Of a stretch of 64,000 bases of DNA, positions 1-12,800 are shown piece after piece; position 1 is the stretch's first letter, and the number at the start of each line of letters is the position of its first letter. Made by a program: the position numbers and the translations under genes. Location: contig OZ316895.1 of assembly GCA_973895155.1 (NCBI GenBank), positions 7,304,184-7,368,183 of the forward strand, in the 5' to 3' direction. This DNA is from Marsupella aquatica. Taxonomy: Eukaryota; Plantae; Marchantiophyta. The notes below the pieces were generated by a model. It saw only the letters and a list, made by a program, of their open reading frames with translations. It did no database searches and was not told where the DNA came from.

Positions 1-1467
1 TTTGGGCTTCCCCTTCCACCCTGTTTTTGGAGTTTCTTTGTGGAAAATAATAAAAATAATAAAATGTGGTCGACCTTGCTAATGTGGCATGCTCTGGTGC
101 CAGGAATTTGCAAGGACCTCAAATGGGGGTCCATAAATATTCATTGAAGTGAGACTTCTGGATTAGGGCAAAAAAATCAATTAAATATTTATTTTGAGAG
201 TAGGAATCACAAGGAGAACCCAGGTGCTGGCTAACAGGACAGTTCAGTCACCCAAAACGATGCGTGCACAATTGTAATCATTGTCATTTTTGTTGTGAAG
301 GAAGAGCTAAGCTTGGAGCTACATAAGACCACTAGAGATGCTCCACTTGCAAACCTACAAGCTTAGGGAGGGCTCTATAAAGGGAAATTTGCTTTGTGCA
401 TGCACATGTTTGTCTGCAGGGTGTTTACACTAGTTAGAAGAGAATTCATGGATCAAGCAAACTCTTGAGCTTGAAATTTTGAACAATTGTGGCTGGAATT
501 GCAATGTGCTAATGTCCAGGAGCAATGAGGCAAGAGTGGGGGCAAGAGATTTGCCTGGTGGTCAGCAAAAAATCTTAGAGTGAATCAGTGTATGAATAGC
601 AGGGAGACAATGGTAATGGGTAAAAGCAAGTCCGAGTGCACTGGGAGATGTGACCTGGAAGCTAGAGAAGTTTTAGCCATTCTAACATGCCCACAATTGT
701 AATGTTTAAGTTGATGAATTGTACTTGGCCAGGGCACAACAAAAGGATCAAGTAAATGTTCAATGTGCCAATTCAAAATTACTGCAGAAAACATGTTCAC
801 GTCAATGGCGATCCCTGGGTAGGACACAAAGAATGGTTTCAACAAATGTATGAATCATCACAAAATTTGACACCCAACTGGCTTACTGGTTTTGTATCAT
901 GCAATTGAGTGCGACAAAAACTTTTTGAGAAATTTCATTCGACCACCGTGAGCTAAAATACATTATAAGGGTTTGAGGCACCTTTACCTTCGGTCCCCTT
1001 GGGTGCTGTCCCTTTGTGGCCTTGCCGGTAATCATACATCAAAATGTGGTAATATATGGTGTGCACTCATTGATTTAAAAAAAAACAACAAGGTTTATTA
1101 TGGTATGGCGGGATGTAGTACTCCTATATGTCATATTTTGTTGTGTAGTTAATGAGACCCCCTTTGTGGGCTCCCTGTTGTATGTTTGTTTTTTTGAAAG
1201 AATCTCAATTGGTTTCTTGGAGGCAAAAATAAAAGAATTATAAGATGAAAAGAAATTTACCTTACTTGTGGAGGGAGGAAAACTCAAAGTATATATATCA
1301 CAATGCCCAAGGGCAAAAAATGCCAAACCTGGAGACAAGATCTCAAAGGCAAAGCCTCAAGATCCCAAAGGCAAAACATCCCAATGAAGGGGAGGAAAAG
1401 AGGGGAAAGGACCCCAAGAAAAACAAGCCAAGGGGTCCCCAACCAGAAGCCAACAAGGAACAACCAC

Positions 1468-1533
1468 CAAAAAGTAACCCACAAGAGCCATGAAGGCTAA
1501 CATCAAAAAGTAACCCACAAGAGCCATGAAGGC
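1468..1533. repeat. 30-bp exact direct repeat (period 36)
   Basis: caaaaagtaacccacaagagccatgaaggc at 1468-1497 and 1504-1533. Confidence 0.9.
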
Positions 1534-2143
1534 GGTCCAGTTTGTCCTCCAAAGTCATCACAGCCAATGACTCTTCCTCTGTCAGCCCTGCTCCAGTGTC
1601 ATTCTTCACTTCAAGAGCTTGCTTGTATCTCAATTTGTAACATTGGAATCGCTTCGTCAGATTTGGTGCAATAATTTTCTTGGGGAAACCATGATGAATG
1701 AGTGCAGCCAACATGGACTTCATGATAGTGGCCTTAGATTGGTATTTTTGCCCAATCTTTGTTCTCCTTCCTGATCCATGCAATGCTGCAAAGTTTTCAG
1801 GGAGCTCAAGGTATGAGACTATGAGATCATAGTCTTCATCCTTTAAGCAAAACTTCTCAGCAGGAACTCGGTATTGCTCGGTGGCAACAGTTGCTCATGG
1901 TGGCTGGAAGACAGAGCCTTTGCTCCTCCCAAAACCTTCTCTCACAAAACCCTGGCTCCGTGTGCTAGACATTGTGCTGAAAGAGTGTGAACCCACAGAA
2001 GAAGATGTGGGCTTGTCAAGAATGGACTGCAAGTAATCGGCAATCTTGTGCTCAACCTCGTGATGAAAGGCAGTTTGTGCTCGAACTAAAATGTCGAAAG
2101 CTCGATCACATATATACATAGATTCAGACGAGGCAGTGTCCAT
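1534..2143 (-). pseudogene. Degenerate Myb/SANT-like ORF of the type associated with PIF/Harbinger transposons
   Basis: ORFs 2143-1895 and 1783-1343 are in one frame, separated by a single TGA at 1897-1895. Read-through gives EDYDLIVSYLELPENFAALHGSGRRTKIG...LTKRFQCYKLRYKQALEVKNDTGAGLTEEE...TLEDKL, resembling Harbinger-associated Myb/SANT-like proteins (recalled family pattern). Similarity breaks off at a direct repeat at 1468-1533. Confidence 0.55.
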
Positions 2144-3817
2144 GGCTTACAAATTTGTGTTGTGATATCTGAGGGAGATGTCGATGATGCCAAAATTTGA
2201 AATAAGTGCGCGAATCCGCACAGTCGGGAAAATTGAAATCCGGCAATCCGAAAATCCTCATTTTGAAGTGCATACGATGAGTACGTCGACGGTGATTAAA
2301 GTGCAATCGACGCATTAAGCGTCAACGGTGCTCCTAAAAATTTAAACCTCTGCAACTTTGGAATAGAGGACCTGCGCTATCCACCCGACATGGCAGCATA
2401 TGGCTGGTTCGGGCAGGGACATACCGAATGGGAGGGGAAATGGTGCTGATAATTGATACGTGATTTAGGCCGTAATGGTTGGTCCGGGGCGGGTCAAACC
2501 TTACCCCCCCCCCCCCCCCTTTTTTCTATTTCCGTCAGAACCTCCCGTGGGCTGTGTTACGGGATTAGTTCAGTGGCCGTCACTTTTCATTATGGCTTAA
2601 GTTTGAGACGCCCTATTCAGGGGAGGACTAAAATACCTACTGTAGTAGAGCTTTGGAGTAAACCCCATACGAGACACTAAACGGAACCTACCTGAAGTCC
2701 CAAACCCTGGCTGAGATGTCCCCACATTGGGGGCCCCAAGCTCACTGTAGCTCTCGGCCTCGTTTTCTGGACGGAAATCATTCCAGACACGGAATTGCGC
2801 CGGAATGAACGGGGCGAGCTTAAAAACTTAAGCTGGTAATTCTGTAGGTTGCCTGCACAAGCAAGGCAGATGTGAGGCCATTGGAGCTCAATGGGAAACA
2901 GAGCGCGAAGAAAACTTAGCTCTATAACGCTGGACAGGATGATACGTTGATAAATGTACGTCGTCGCACAGCCATTCTTTCCAATACCAAATGGAGGTTG
3001 CGGAATCGTTAATGGTGGGGATATGAAATTGCGACAACGGATTCCTTCACTGGCGCATGATGTTGATACTGTATAATTCAAGTAGATCATTTCAGGGGTC
3101 GTGACAGTCTCGTGAATTTCGCTATAGCACGATCTTAACTTGCGGAAGATGAGAAGTATTTTCTGCAGAGTTGTTGATAAATTTTTCATTTCGGGCGTGT
3201 CACCTTGGTAGCAGAGGCAAACCACCACGCGGTGACTGGAAATATACGTCTGCAAGAGAATGGGCCGGGATGTTTGTCTACATTAGAAATTAGAAGGAGT
3301 AATTAGAAGGTGCAGATGACTGGGTGGTCCAAAAATTTTCATATTGGCGCAGTAGGCCACACGCCAAGCCATCAAGGAGCACAGAACGATCGAGAGTAAT
3401 ATACATTACAGAGGCATGGATAGCGTGATTGCTCAGGTTCAATCCTACGATCAGGTTTTGCCAAAATTACAGAGTTTGGACCAACGAATGCTGTGGCCTG
3501 AGGACTCAGGAATACTTCAGATCACTCGATGAAATCCTGAGTAGAGGAGACTCGCAGTCACGATTGAGCTAAACTGATACCTACGCTGCGAATCATGTTA
3601 CCATATGCAGCAAAGCGTCAGAATCGAAGGAATTGAACACCTCTGGATTTCCATCGTGCAAAAGCGATGGGCAGGAATTCGTGTACCACATGGTATCGAG
3701 ATTTTTGTGCATCGATTTGAGACAGCATGCAGCAAGTAGATCATGTGCGCCAAATACAATAGTGCTTATTATTCTTTGGCAAAGAAATTGAGGGGGGCTC
3801 CACGTTGAACACGAAAG

Positions 3818-6800
3818 ATGTTTGAAGGCCTGCTATACCAACTTCTAGCCGGCTACTTAGGGCACTATGTGAAAGATATAAATCGTGAGCATTTTCGTCT
3901 CGGCCTCTGGAGCGGTACGCATTCTTTTCCGTGATTGGTGCTAAGTGATTGAGGGCGTGTATACCATGGAAGGGTTACTTGGATCATAAATGAGGCTGAT
4001 ATTACTTTCAAATATTCTTCCCGAGTTGGTCTGAGAAAAACCAGTCAGGGAGGATTAATTATAATTCTCGTCGTCGTAATCACTGCTGAAATATGTCTGC
4101 GTGTTGATGCTTTTTGAATGCAGGCGAAGCCTTTTTGGAAAATGTGGAAATTCGGTTGGAGGCTTTCGACCACCTGCAGCTTCCATTTGCTATCAAACAA
4201 GGTACAGTAAGGAAGTTGTTAGTAGTGGAGGTCGTCCAATTTGTATGAGATGTTGAATTTAGAACTTTTGCAGTTTAAACAAGCTCGTTTGTCGTTTGTT
4301 TCAAATACGGTCTGATTGTTACAGAAATTCATTTAGATCTTCTCCAAACTCTTCCTTATGTGCTGACCTGCAAGTGTTGCATTCATCGTATTCGTTCCGA
4401 ATCAGGCTTTGTTGGAAAGTTGAGACTCCAGGTGCCCTGGTCGAAGCTTGGTTGGGAACCAATTTTGATTGCCTTGGAAGACGTGACTTTATTGGCCGCT
4501 CCTCATGAAGAATCTGAGGTGCTAAATTTCCCTTGCTTGCGCTCGTAGGTTTAGGAAAATCTGGTCGTCGGAGACTACATCTCCCCCACTTTTGATTAGA
4601 GTCTTTGCCTCTTGGCGACACTAAAACCTGGAGCTTATTGCCTGGCGATGAGACTATGTAATTGACGTAAATCGCACAATTCAAAACTACTTCTGGCTGT
4701 GTAGCACACCAGATATACAAATAAATATCCATGCAGAAGACTTGGCTCCTTTTTTCCGTTTTTCCTTTTTTCCTTTTTTCCTTTTTTCCTTTTTTCCTTT
4801 TTTCCTTTTTTCCTCTCGTTCTTTCTTTCACTCCTTGATGACTGTAGTTGAGACCAGAAACGTGAATTGACAAAACATTTGACGCCGCTGACCGAAATAG
4901 CGCTTGCTCAGTTGTGGAGATTTTCTAGGGTTACTCTGAGCCAAGTATCATTGCAGGAGACCTGCCATTATATTGCAAAAGTCACCAATTTCTCGAGGTT
5001 TGGTCGAAGACAGGATAGAGCTCTTTGGGACCGAATTATCCTATTTCATCTTAGCCTTGAGGGAAAGACGAGCACATGGCATCAATGTCTTGATGTAATG
5101 ACTCTATCCCTGGGCTGGAGTTGTGGTCAATGAGTATTATATGTAATCCTTGATTTCTGTAAATCGTCAGAAGTATGACTTGAATTATTTCTACAGTATG
5201 GTGCAGAGGCATCAGAAAGGCGAGCTTTGGCAGCTAAAAAAGCTGGTCTTGCAGCAGCAGAATTTGCGAAGATGTCACAACGAGTTTCTGGTAAGAGAAG
5301 AAATTTATTGTCATAACTGAGCGGCTCTTGCATTCAATTGAAACTGGAAATTCTATTGGCTCGGAAAGAACAGAATTTACTCTAGGCCTACATCCCTTGG
5401 AAATAGGATACGCTGTCAAGCGGGCTGACAAGCGACGGTTTAGAAAACAAAAAACCTTCTCAATGGTGACCTTGCCTTCACCATCTGCTCTGTGACGTTG
5501 CTGTCGATCTTTGGGAACTGAGAAACCATAGACGTAACTAGAAAATGCACTGGAATGATCAAGTTTGTAATTTCTGAGTTGATCGCCAATTTATGTCTTT
5601 GCGCTTGAACTTTCTCTGTGACTTCAATAACTAATCTGGTTAATTACGAGGTTTGCTTTTCAGCGCTTATAGTTTCGGTGTCGAGCCTGGTTCAAGTTTC
5701 TAATATCCTCTCATCATTGTTATCAATGAGTCTTTTAGTATGTGTCGCTAGAAATCCGAGTGCCGTCTTCGGTTTTCTTGTTTCTTGATGTCATCCTTGA
5801 TTGTCTGACCTTTCAGTTCCTCATTTTGGCTCGTCGGTAGGGAAGCCTGTAAACTCGGACAGGAGCTTTAGCAAGCAGTAGTGAACCGTCAATCAGAGAT
5901 TGAATTCCCGAATAAAAATCTTTACGTGCAGTACTTGACAATGATATGTGCTTTTCCAGATGGATTAAAAGTCAGATTTGAATTAAGCCGTTTAACAATA
6001 TTGTGTGTCTGCAGAACCTCTAACATTGTAAATCTTATATTTGCAGAAGACAAATCAGGGCAGACGTTTCTATCCTATCTTTCTGCAAAGGTGGAGATCT
6101 GCTAACCGTCTCTCCTGGATCCTTTTCATGAGGTCCTTCATATTTGCTCGTGAATAAGTCTAAATATGCAAATTTCCTGGATCTTGAAAGACATTTTCGA
6201 TAGCGACATATACCGGTGACCATGACTCCTTGATCTATGGCTCTTCCATATGGCATGAAAGATGGATTCCTTGGCATGTCTCATTGTATTAGAGGATGCA
6301 ATATTTCAAATAGAACATCTGAAATATCGAAAAAACTCGCTGAACGTTGCATCTGCCTTGTGCCAGATTATAGACAATGTCCAGGTGACAGTTGCCAAGG
6401 TCCATATCCAGTATGTGGATGGCAAAACGGACCCACAGGTATGCTATATATTTCCTCATTGGAGTTGGCCGTGTCATCTAAGAATTTTTCGATGATGGAA
6501 ACGGTTTTTGCATAGCATATTTTGCTGACTTCATCAGCGCTGTGCTTAATGTAAACCTCTATTGTAAGCGCTGCTATCATGTGACTATCAGTTTTCATAG
6601 CTACTGTCGGCAGTATCATCTTTCATGTGATAAACATTTTTTTCTGTGCTCAACGTTTGAATTTTATGATGATCTAGTTGAGAAACTAAAGAGTCAATCT
6701 TTGTGTGGTATGCAGAGAGTCTTCTCGTTTGGCATTACTCTCTCGAGTCTTACCATTAGTACCACCGATGGCCGAGATCATCCTGTGCTACCAGGGTGTG

Positions 6801-9800
6801 TAACGGTTTCATATCAATCCTGTGTGTTTTGTTCTATAAAAAGAAGATGGGTGAGAGTAATCTATAATTGCTTTCATGGTGGTAAGAAGAGTTTTTCCAT
6901 AGTACCATAGATGGACGCGATCATCCCGTGCTACCAGGAACTGTAACGGTTTCATAGCAATCCTGAGTGTTGAAGATGGGTGACAGTAGATCTGTAAATT
7001 CTTCATGGGTGGTATGAAGGAGGAGGAAATGAGATTCCGATAGCTCAAGATTTTGAATGACTGATAGGCTTTCTTCACCTGCCATGGAACAATACTTATT
7101 CAAGTTACCATTCTTTCAGGATGTCTACAGCTGGTAAAAGTGGAGGAAACAGAGTTTACAAGCTTGTGGAGATAAAACAGCTTGCGTTGTACTGGAACTC
7201 GGATAAACCTCAGGGGCCTTCAATTGGAACTTCTGCGAGTGATGACAGTTATCGTTCTATCAATAGCTTGTTAGCTACAGAGGAAGAAGTGGTTTACCTG
7301 CTGCGCCCAACAAATGCTACATTGAGACTGACAGTAAGTCGGAAGTTCACTAAAAGATTATTGTCTCGAACTATTTTTAAATTCAGGACTCTTTTGCTTT
7401 CTGGATTTTGGTTTCAGTTAAGTCAAACTGCATTGAATCGAATTTGCGCACTGACTAGACCAAGTTGCTATCATGAGTCTTTTCGGGTCATCGTTAGTAG
7501 TAAGCTTAAGTTGACTGCTTAGGTGGAGTCCCCTCCTGGGAATCTTTGCCTTCAGAGCTTCCAAATAAGCTCGGTCGTTTATCTGAGCTTTGTATTGTTT
7601 TCATCGTTTTGATGAATCTATTATGTAGGAGCAAGTACTTTTCCTCTTAAACCACCACTGGCCATATTCCCTTTTTCACATTCCTATCCTCTGGAGTGAG
7701 GCTTTGCTCCACAATTTCAGGAAAAATGTACTAAAATTGGTGAAACCTGGTGGATCCAGGTTTTGTCATGGACAGTGGCGCTTTAAGTCAATAAGGGTAG
7801 TTCTGCAACTCGTTAACTAATTGCCTTAGAGTACTGTATAGTTAACTGCTGCAGTCAGGAGAAAATCCCATATATCTGAAATCAGTGTTACATACTTATG
7901 TGGTTATAGCACGTGTTTGTAATATAGACGTGCGTTGTATGGTACTCCCAGTGTGATAAATTTGTGTGATTTGTAAGTATCATTTGGTTCTATCACTGAA
8001 TAGCTTGGACAATTGCAGGTGAACAAGAAAGCCACACAAGGAGAAGGAGGTCCTATGTACTCTGTCGCAGCAAACATTGATGATCTGGTGAGTCCACTTG
8101 TGAGGGGTGACGTGTCCAGAAATGTAGAATAAGGATGTGGAGCATCTGATAGTTACCCAGCTTAATGCGTTCATTTGAATACACTTATGACTAAACTGGG
8201 GATGTAGCGACCTGCTAACTTGATTAGTCTATAGAGTTCTGGAAACCCATTTACTTTCGACATGCCGCTGAAAATTGAATTGGAAGGCTGGTAGTTGCAG
8301 ACATGACTATATGGTTTCCCCATCTCTCTGGCCAATGACTTACGAGAGATACGAGTGAAGATTGTATGTTTTGACCAGATTGTAATTGAGCTTTCTTCCT
8401 GGCATCTTACAGTCTCTAGCTCTGGTGGATCGACAATTAGTCCAGATGTTGCTGCTCATTGAGGTTCTTTCCATGTCGCGCTTACGAGAGAGGTAATCCA
8501 CCAAATCTTTTAAAACTCGGAGTGACATTGTTTTTAGATAAATTTTTGAAGATCATACTCAAAATCTCTGTTCTGTTATGGTACAGTTGCCATTTGTGCC
8601 TGGGGCACGCTGATCATTGCTGTTCTATAATCCATTTTTCGCTAATTGTTGTGTAGATATGCTCGATTTCGACCTCATATCAGCAAGGCAGATTCTGGGA
8701 GTGGAAGACTTGGATGGCAGCGTCGGCTGTGGGTTTTTGCAATCCAAGCAGTTCTTTCGGATGTCCGTAAACATCTTCGTCGAAGTTCTTGGAGTTATTT
8801 GTCCTGGCGCTCGTAAGTCCTATACCCTTGTGGGATCTGTGCTCATTTTATCTGGACTTCAGAGGTAGTCTTGGACGAGATGTTTGATTATAGAGAACAA
8901 TCTGACCTTTATGTTGTTGTTCTTCGAGTTAAGCTGGTTTGAAGTCTGTCGGCAAAAATCTACTGAAGAAGTTTTGGGCCGAAAGCAAACTGTCTGATTG
9001 GTTTGAAGGTCGGGTTAAGTGTACCGGAATGGTATAATTAGCTGTTGTCAATGAATTGCAGTATGCTGTTTCTTAGAGGACTTATCAAAGCGGTTTCACA
9101 TCATTTTTCAGGAATGCTGGGTTTGATATTGTGTGCCTTGTTTATCTAGATGGGTACATTGTACAATCTGCTTTCATAATCATTCCACATTCAATATTCA
9201 GTCCAGTGGCAGTCCTACATTTGCAACGGGCTGTTTAATAGGACACAAGGATCACTGCTAACCATCAAAATAAACGTATACATCTCATTTAGTTCAAATT
9301 AGTGACATTGCTGCCCACAATTTTATCTTGATATCTAAGTGGTCAACAATGTCCTGCTTGTTCATCTATCCAAAGTTGTGGATATAAAGTCTCTAAGTTG
9401 AGCGACTATCATTCCTTCGTGGCTGCTACCTTTTGTTGATCAAAGATCATACTGCGAGTAAGATTTATAATCTCATTAATGGCAAGATTGTGGTTGTAGG
9501 GAGCGCCAGAAACGCTATGTCAGTTTGTACAAGGCAAAACTGGAATCACTGCATAGAGTTCAGGTTTGTCTTGCAGAAGTATTTTCTTGGCTCCAAGTTT
9601 TCCGTTACTTTATATCCTTTGTCCTAAGAAATCGATATCTGTTTCCTCTAATTTAAAAGCTAGAGATCTATCACCTCCCGTAGCGTTGACTCAATTTTTC
9701 TCTATTGGAGTCAACCTCACAACGGAAGGTGTTGTTTGTATACGATATTGTTGTAGCCAGCAGGGGATCAAAAGTGGGCTGAGCTTGAGGAAATGGAAAG

Positions 9801-12800
9801 AGAGTTTGAGATGGACGAGATACTTTATTTCAGATCTCTGGCTGAGAATCAGCTTCAGTTGTCTCGGGTAAGACATTTTTCTTTGTATGGTCTTTTCGTG
9901 AGCTATGAATATTCATTTTAATCACGCAATTGACGACAGCTGTATTTGTTTTCGCTGGTTTAAACACGGGTTACTCGGGCAGGATGGCTTGGTGAGTGCA
10001 GGAAACGAACTTGAACATAATGATAATGAATCGGATGAAAGAGAAGCTGGTGAACTGTCTCAGCGACCGCTTGGTCAGCAACGTGGATGGTTGAACTGGC
10101 TATCTTTAGGATTGCTTGGAGCTGCGGAGAGTATTGATGCTGCAGTGTGTCCTGATGAAATCATCAAGGTGCAAATGACGACATAAGCGATAAGTAGTAT
10201 TTTTTGTCAGTGATCTAGCTGTTAAATCAAAACTCGGGCTGTGAACTACTTAAAGAAATGACCAGAGCTTGGCAATCTCTTTGCAAAGTCTTGTTCAAAC
10301 GAGAATCTCCGAATCATTTTCTAATCAAGCCTACAGTGACGAAGCAGTTCATTCAGGGCTGCTCATCCTAGACAATACTTCATGCAAGAACCCAAATGCT
10401 AGCGTCTTTGAATTCCATCTGTTGACAAATCAATGTAATAAACACTGTCACTATATTGTCAAAAATTGAGTAGTGCCTTTATTTAAGAATTAGATGACTT
10501 AGTTGTATCACTTGTTTAACTAACGTTTTCAGGACTTGGTTGCAATTTGAGATATAGTCTGTCTTGCGTTGGAACTGTTGTACTGCCTTTGGTCACCTAA
10601 TCCAGGAGCAGGCAGAGATATTTCAGGTCTAGCATCGGGGTAGTCTATGAAGTCAGAAGATCGTTGTATGATGAGGATAAGTGCCGTTTCCTGCGTTTGG
10701 GATTGTTAAGCTACGACACTAGTTGGTACTTGCTGAGAAAGCCTACTGTGGAGGTCCTGCAGGAATTAGTTAACTGTGTCATTTTCAATTTTGAATTGTT
10801 CATAAACGTCTTTGACTTGACTTTGTTGTAGGACCTTTGTGAAGCCGCAGCAGATTTCGACACAACTGCGGAAATTGGAAGCAGGAAATCGGTAAGAGGG
10901 GAGTGTCGGCTGACTCTTTCTGTACGTGTGGGAGGAACTGTTGCCAGCCTCAGAAACTCGTAAGTGTCACGTTTTCCGAGATTTGTGTTTCACTCGTAGA
11001 CAATTTGCAGGGATCAGGGAAACTAAATTCGAAAGGATGCATGTCATTTTGAGAGTTTGTGGGATTTGTACGCTGGAGGCTCAAAGACTATAGATTGTCC
11101 ACATGAAAGCAATTAGTAATAATATCTGTTGCTTGGCAGACATGCAAAGAAGGAAATCGTACGCATGTCCGTTGGCGGAACTCTGTTGACTTACTCAGTG
11201 TGGCAGGAGTCATCAAGTATTTCCATCACAATTCCAACCCTGGATGTAGTGGACATGTGCAAACCAGGCTCTAAGTTCTCTCGTATACTTGCTCCCAAGG
11301 TGACAGTCTGATATCCCCTACGAGTCTTATTTAGCATCGTTTGCGCTAGTTCACCTAAAGACGTCGAAGAAGGATAACCGACCCATGTTATACTGATGAA
11401 CCTTTGAAATCCTGATCTGGAACTTTACCTTGAATTCTGCTATTGGAATATGCAGACAAAACGCCTTTTGCGAAGTACTTCAACTGCAGTGGTTTACCAC
11501 CAAAGTACAGACGCTGGAGCTAGTAGGGGGATTGTACACAGTAGCAGTGAGAACTCACTGTATCAAGCTAGCTCTCACGCTCAAGGAGACAGTGTGGCTC
11601 AAAATTTGCCAGAGCAGACAGAGCCTCTTTTGAAAGTGGAAGTCGAGATGAATAGTAAAAGCCAAGGTTTTGAGGTCACGGTCAATGTAAGGGCCTCTGG
11701 CAAGGAACCGGAATGCTCATGACAGAAATGCTGTCGTTGATCTTCGTCATACGGCTCTTTCGTTTGTATTGTCTTACACTGGCAAATTAGATTTATAGTT
11801 AAACGGGGGCCTATTGCTGTTAAGGAAAGAGTTTCTGTCATTAAGTTTTGGCTGATGTGGTTAAAATTAACTCCTTCGGGTGGACTTTGGGCAGGTAACG
11901 ATTCAGCCACTTGAGTTTGTCTACAGTCCAGCATCGTTGGACCAAACTCTTGACTTCTTCAGTGAACCCATTTCCTTATATACACGTCATGAATTGGTGA
12001 GTTTTCCCGATCTCTTCTACGGCGGTTTTTGTCGATAGTTTTCAAGATTTTGGCTGGGCAAAGGTGTTAGACACGTGGTATCTAGCCCTACTTAGGCACA
12101 TATTGAAAGCTGCGTTATTACACTCGAAAGATTAGTGAATATTGTTCTTGAAGAGCGCTTTGTTAACAGCCCATGTTTAATTATGTATTGTTGAGCATTT
12201 TCTTTTTCCGGGTGCCTCCTGTACGGTATTTTGTAGATAATTTCAGGCTCCGAGAAGTTGGAGAGTATAGCTGGACACACCCGGGCTAAGGCAGAGTAAG
12301 GAGTCTCTTAGCTTGGTTCTATTTTTGTAGGTGAAACGAAATATTTTTGAATTTCAAGTTTCTTCTTATGTTCAATTCATAATGGTTGGATACGTTTCAG
12401 CTTGCTAAGGATTAATTACGAAGCAAGGTTTCAGTGTCTATTTAAAATGCATGTGGAAGTCGCCAAATAGTTTTATGAGGCTAATGTACCCAAGACCCAG
12501 CCATCAAGTTCAAATTTTAATTCCAGCCGAGGGATACAAACGTACATATGTTTACCACTGGAGCATTTGGTGGATGGACAAGGTCTGTTAAGATTATCGA
12601 CAGATGATGTAGTTTGAAGTTTGAAGTCACACTATCAAGATGCTGTTCATCACCCTGGTTGCAGATTTGCTTTTGCAACTCGGAAGCGAGTAAGTTGGCA
12701 CCTCGATATGCAGAGACCCACTTTTCTCTTCCCTGAGAATGACGTGGATCCTGAAGGGATGCTCATGGTATGCAATTTTCTTGTACTCGCAGTGATCCGT

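Noticed and set aside
1290-1470. Shared dispersed repeat with 35700-35825 and 40290-40450
   Set aside because: Similar strand-biased composition, but I could not align them convincingly by eye.
2677-3255. 192-aa minus-strand ORF upstream of VPS13
   Set aside because: Non-ATG start, no recognisable motif, and it lies in the probable promoter/5' region of VPS13.
4319-4873. 184-aa minus-strand ORF with KKEKRKKG repeats
   Set aside because: The basic repeats are the translation of a pyrimidine microsatellite in a VPS13 intron.
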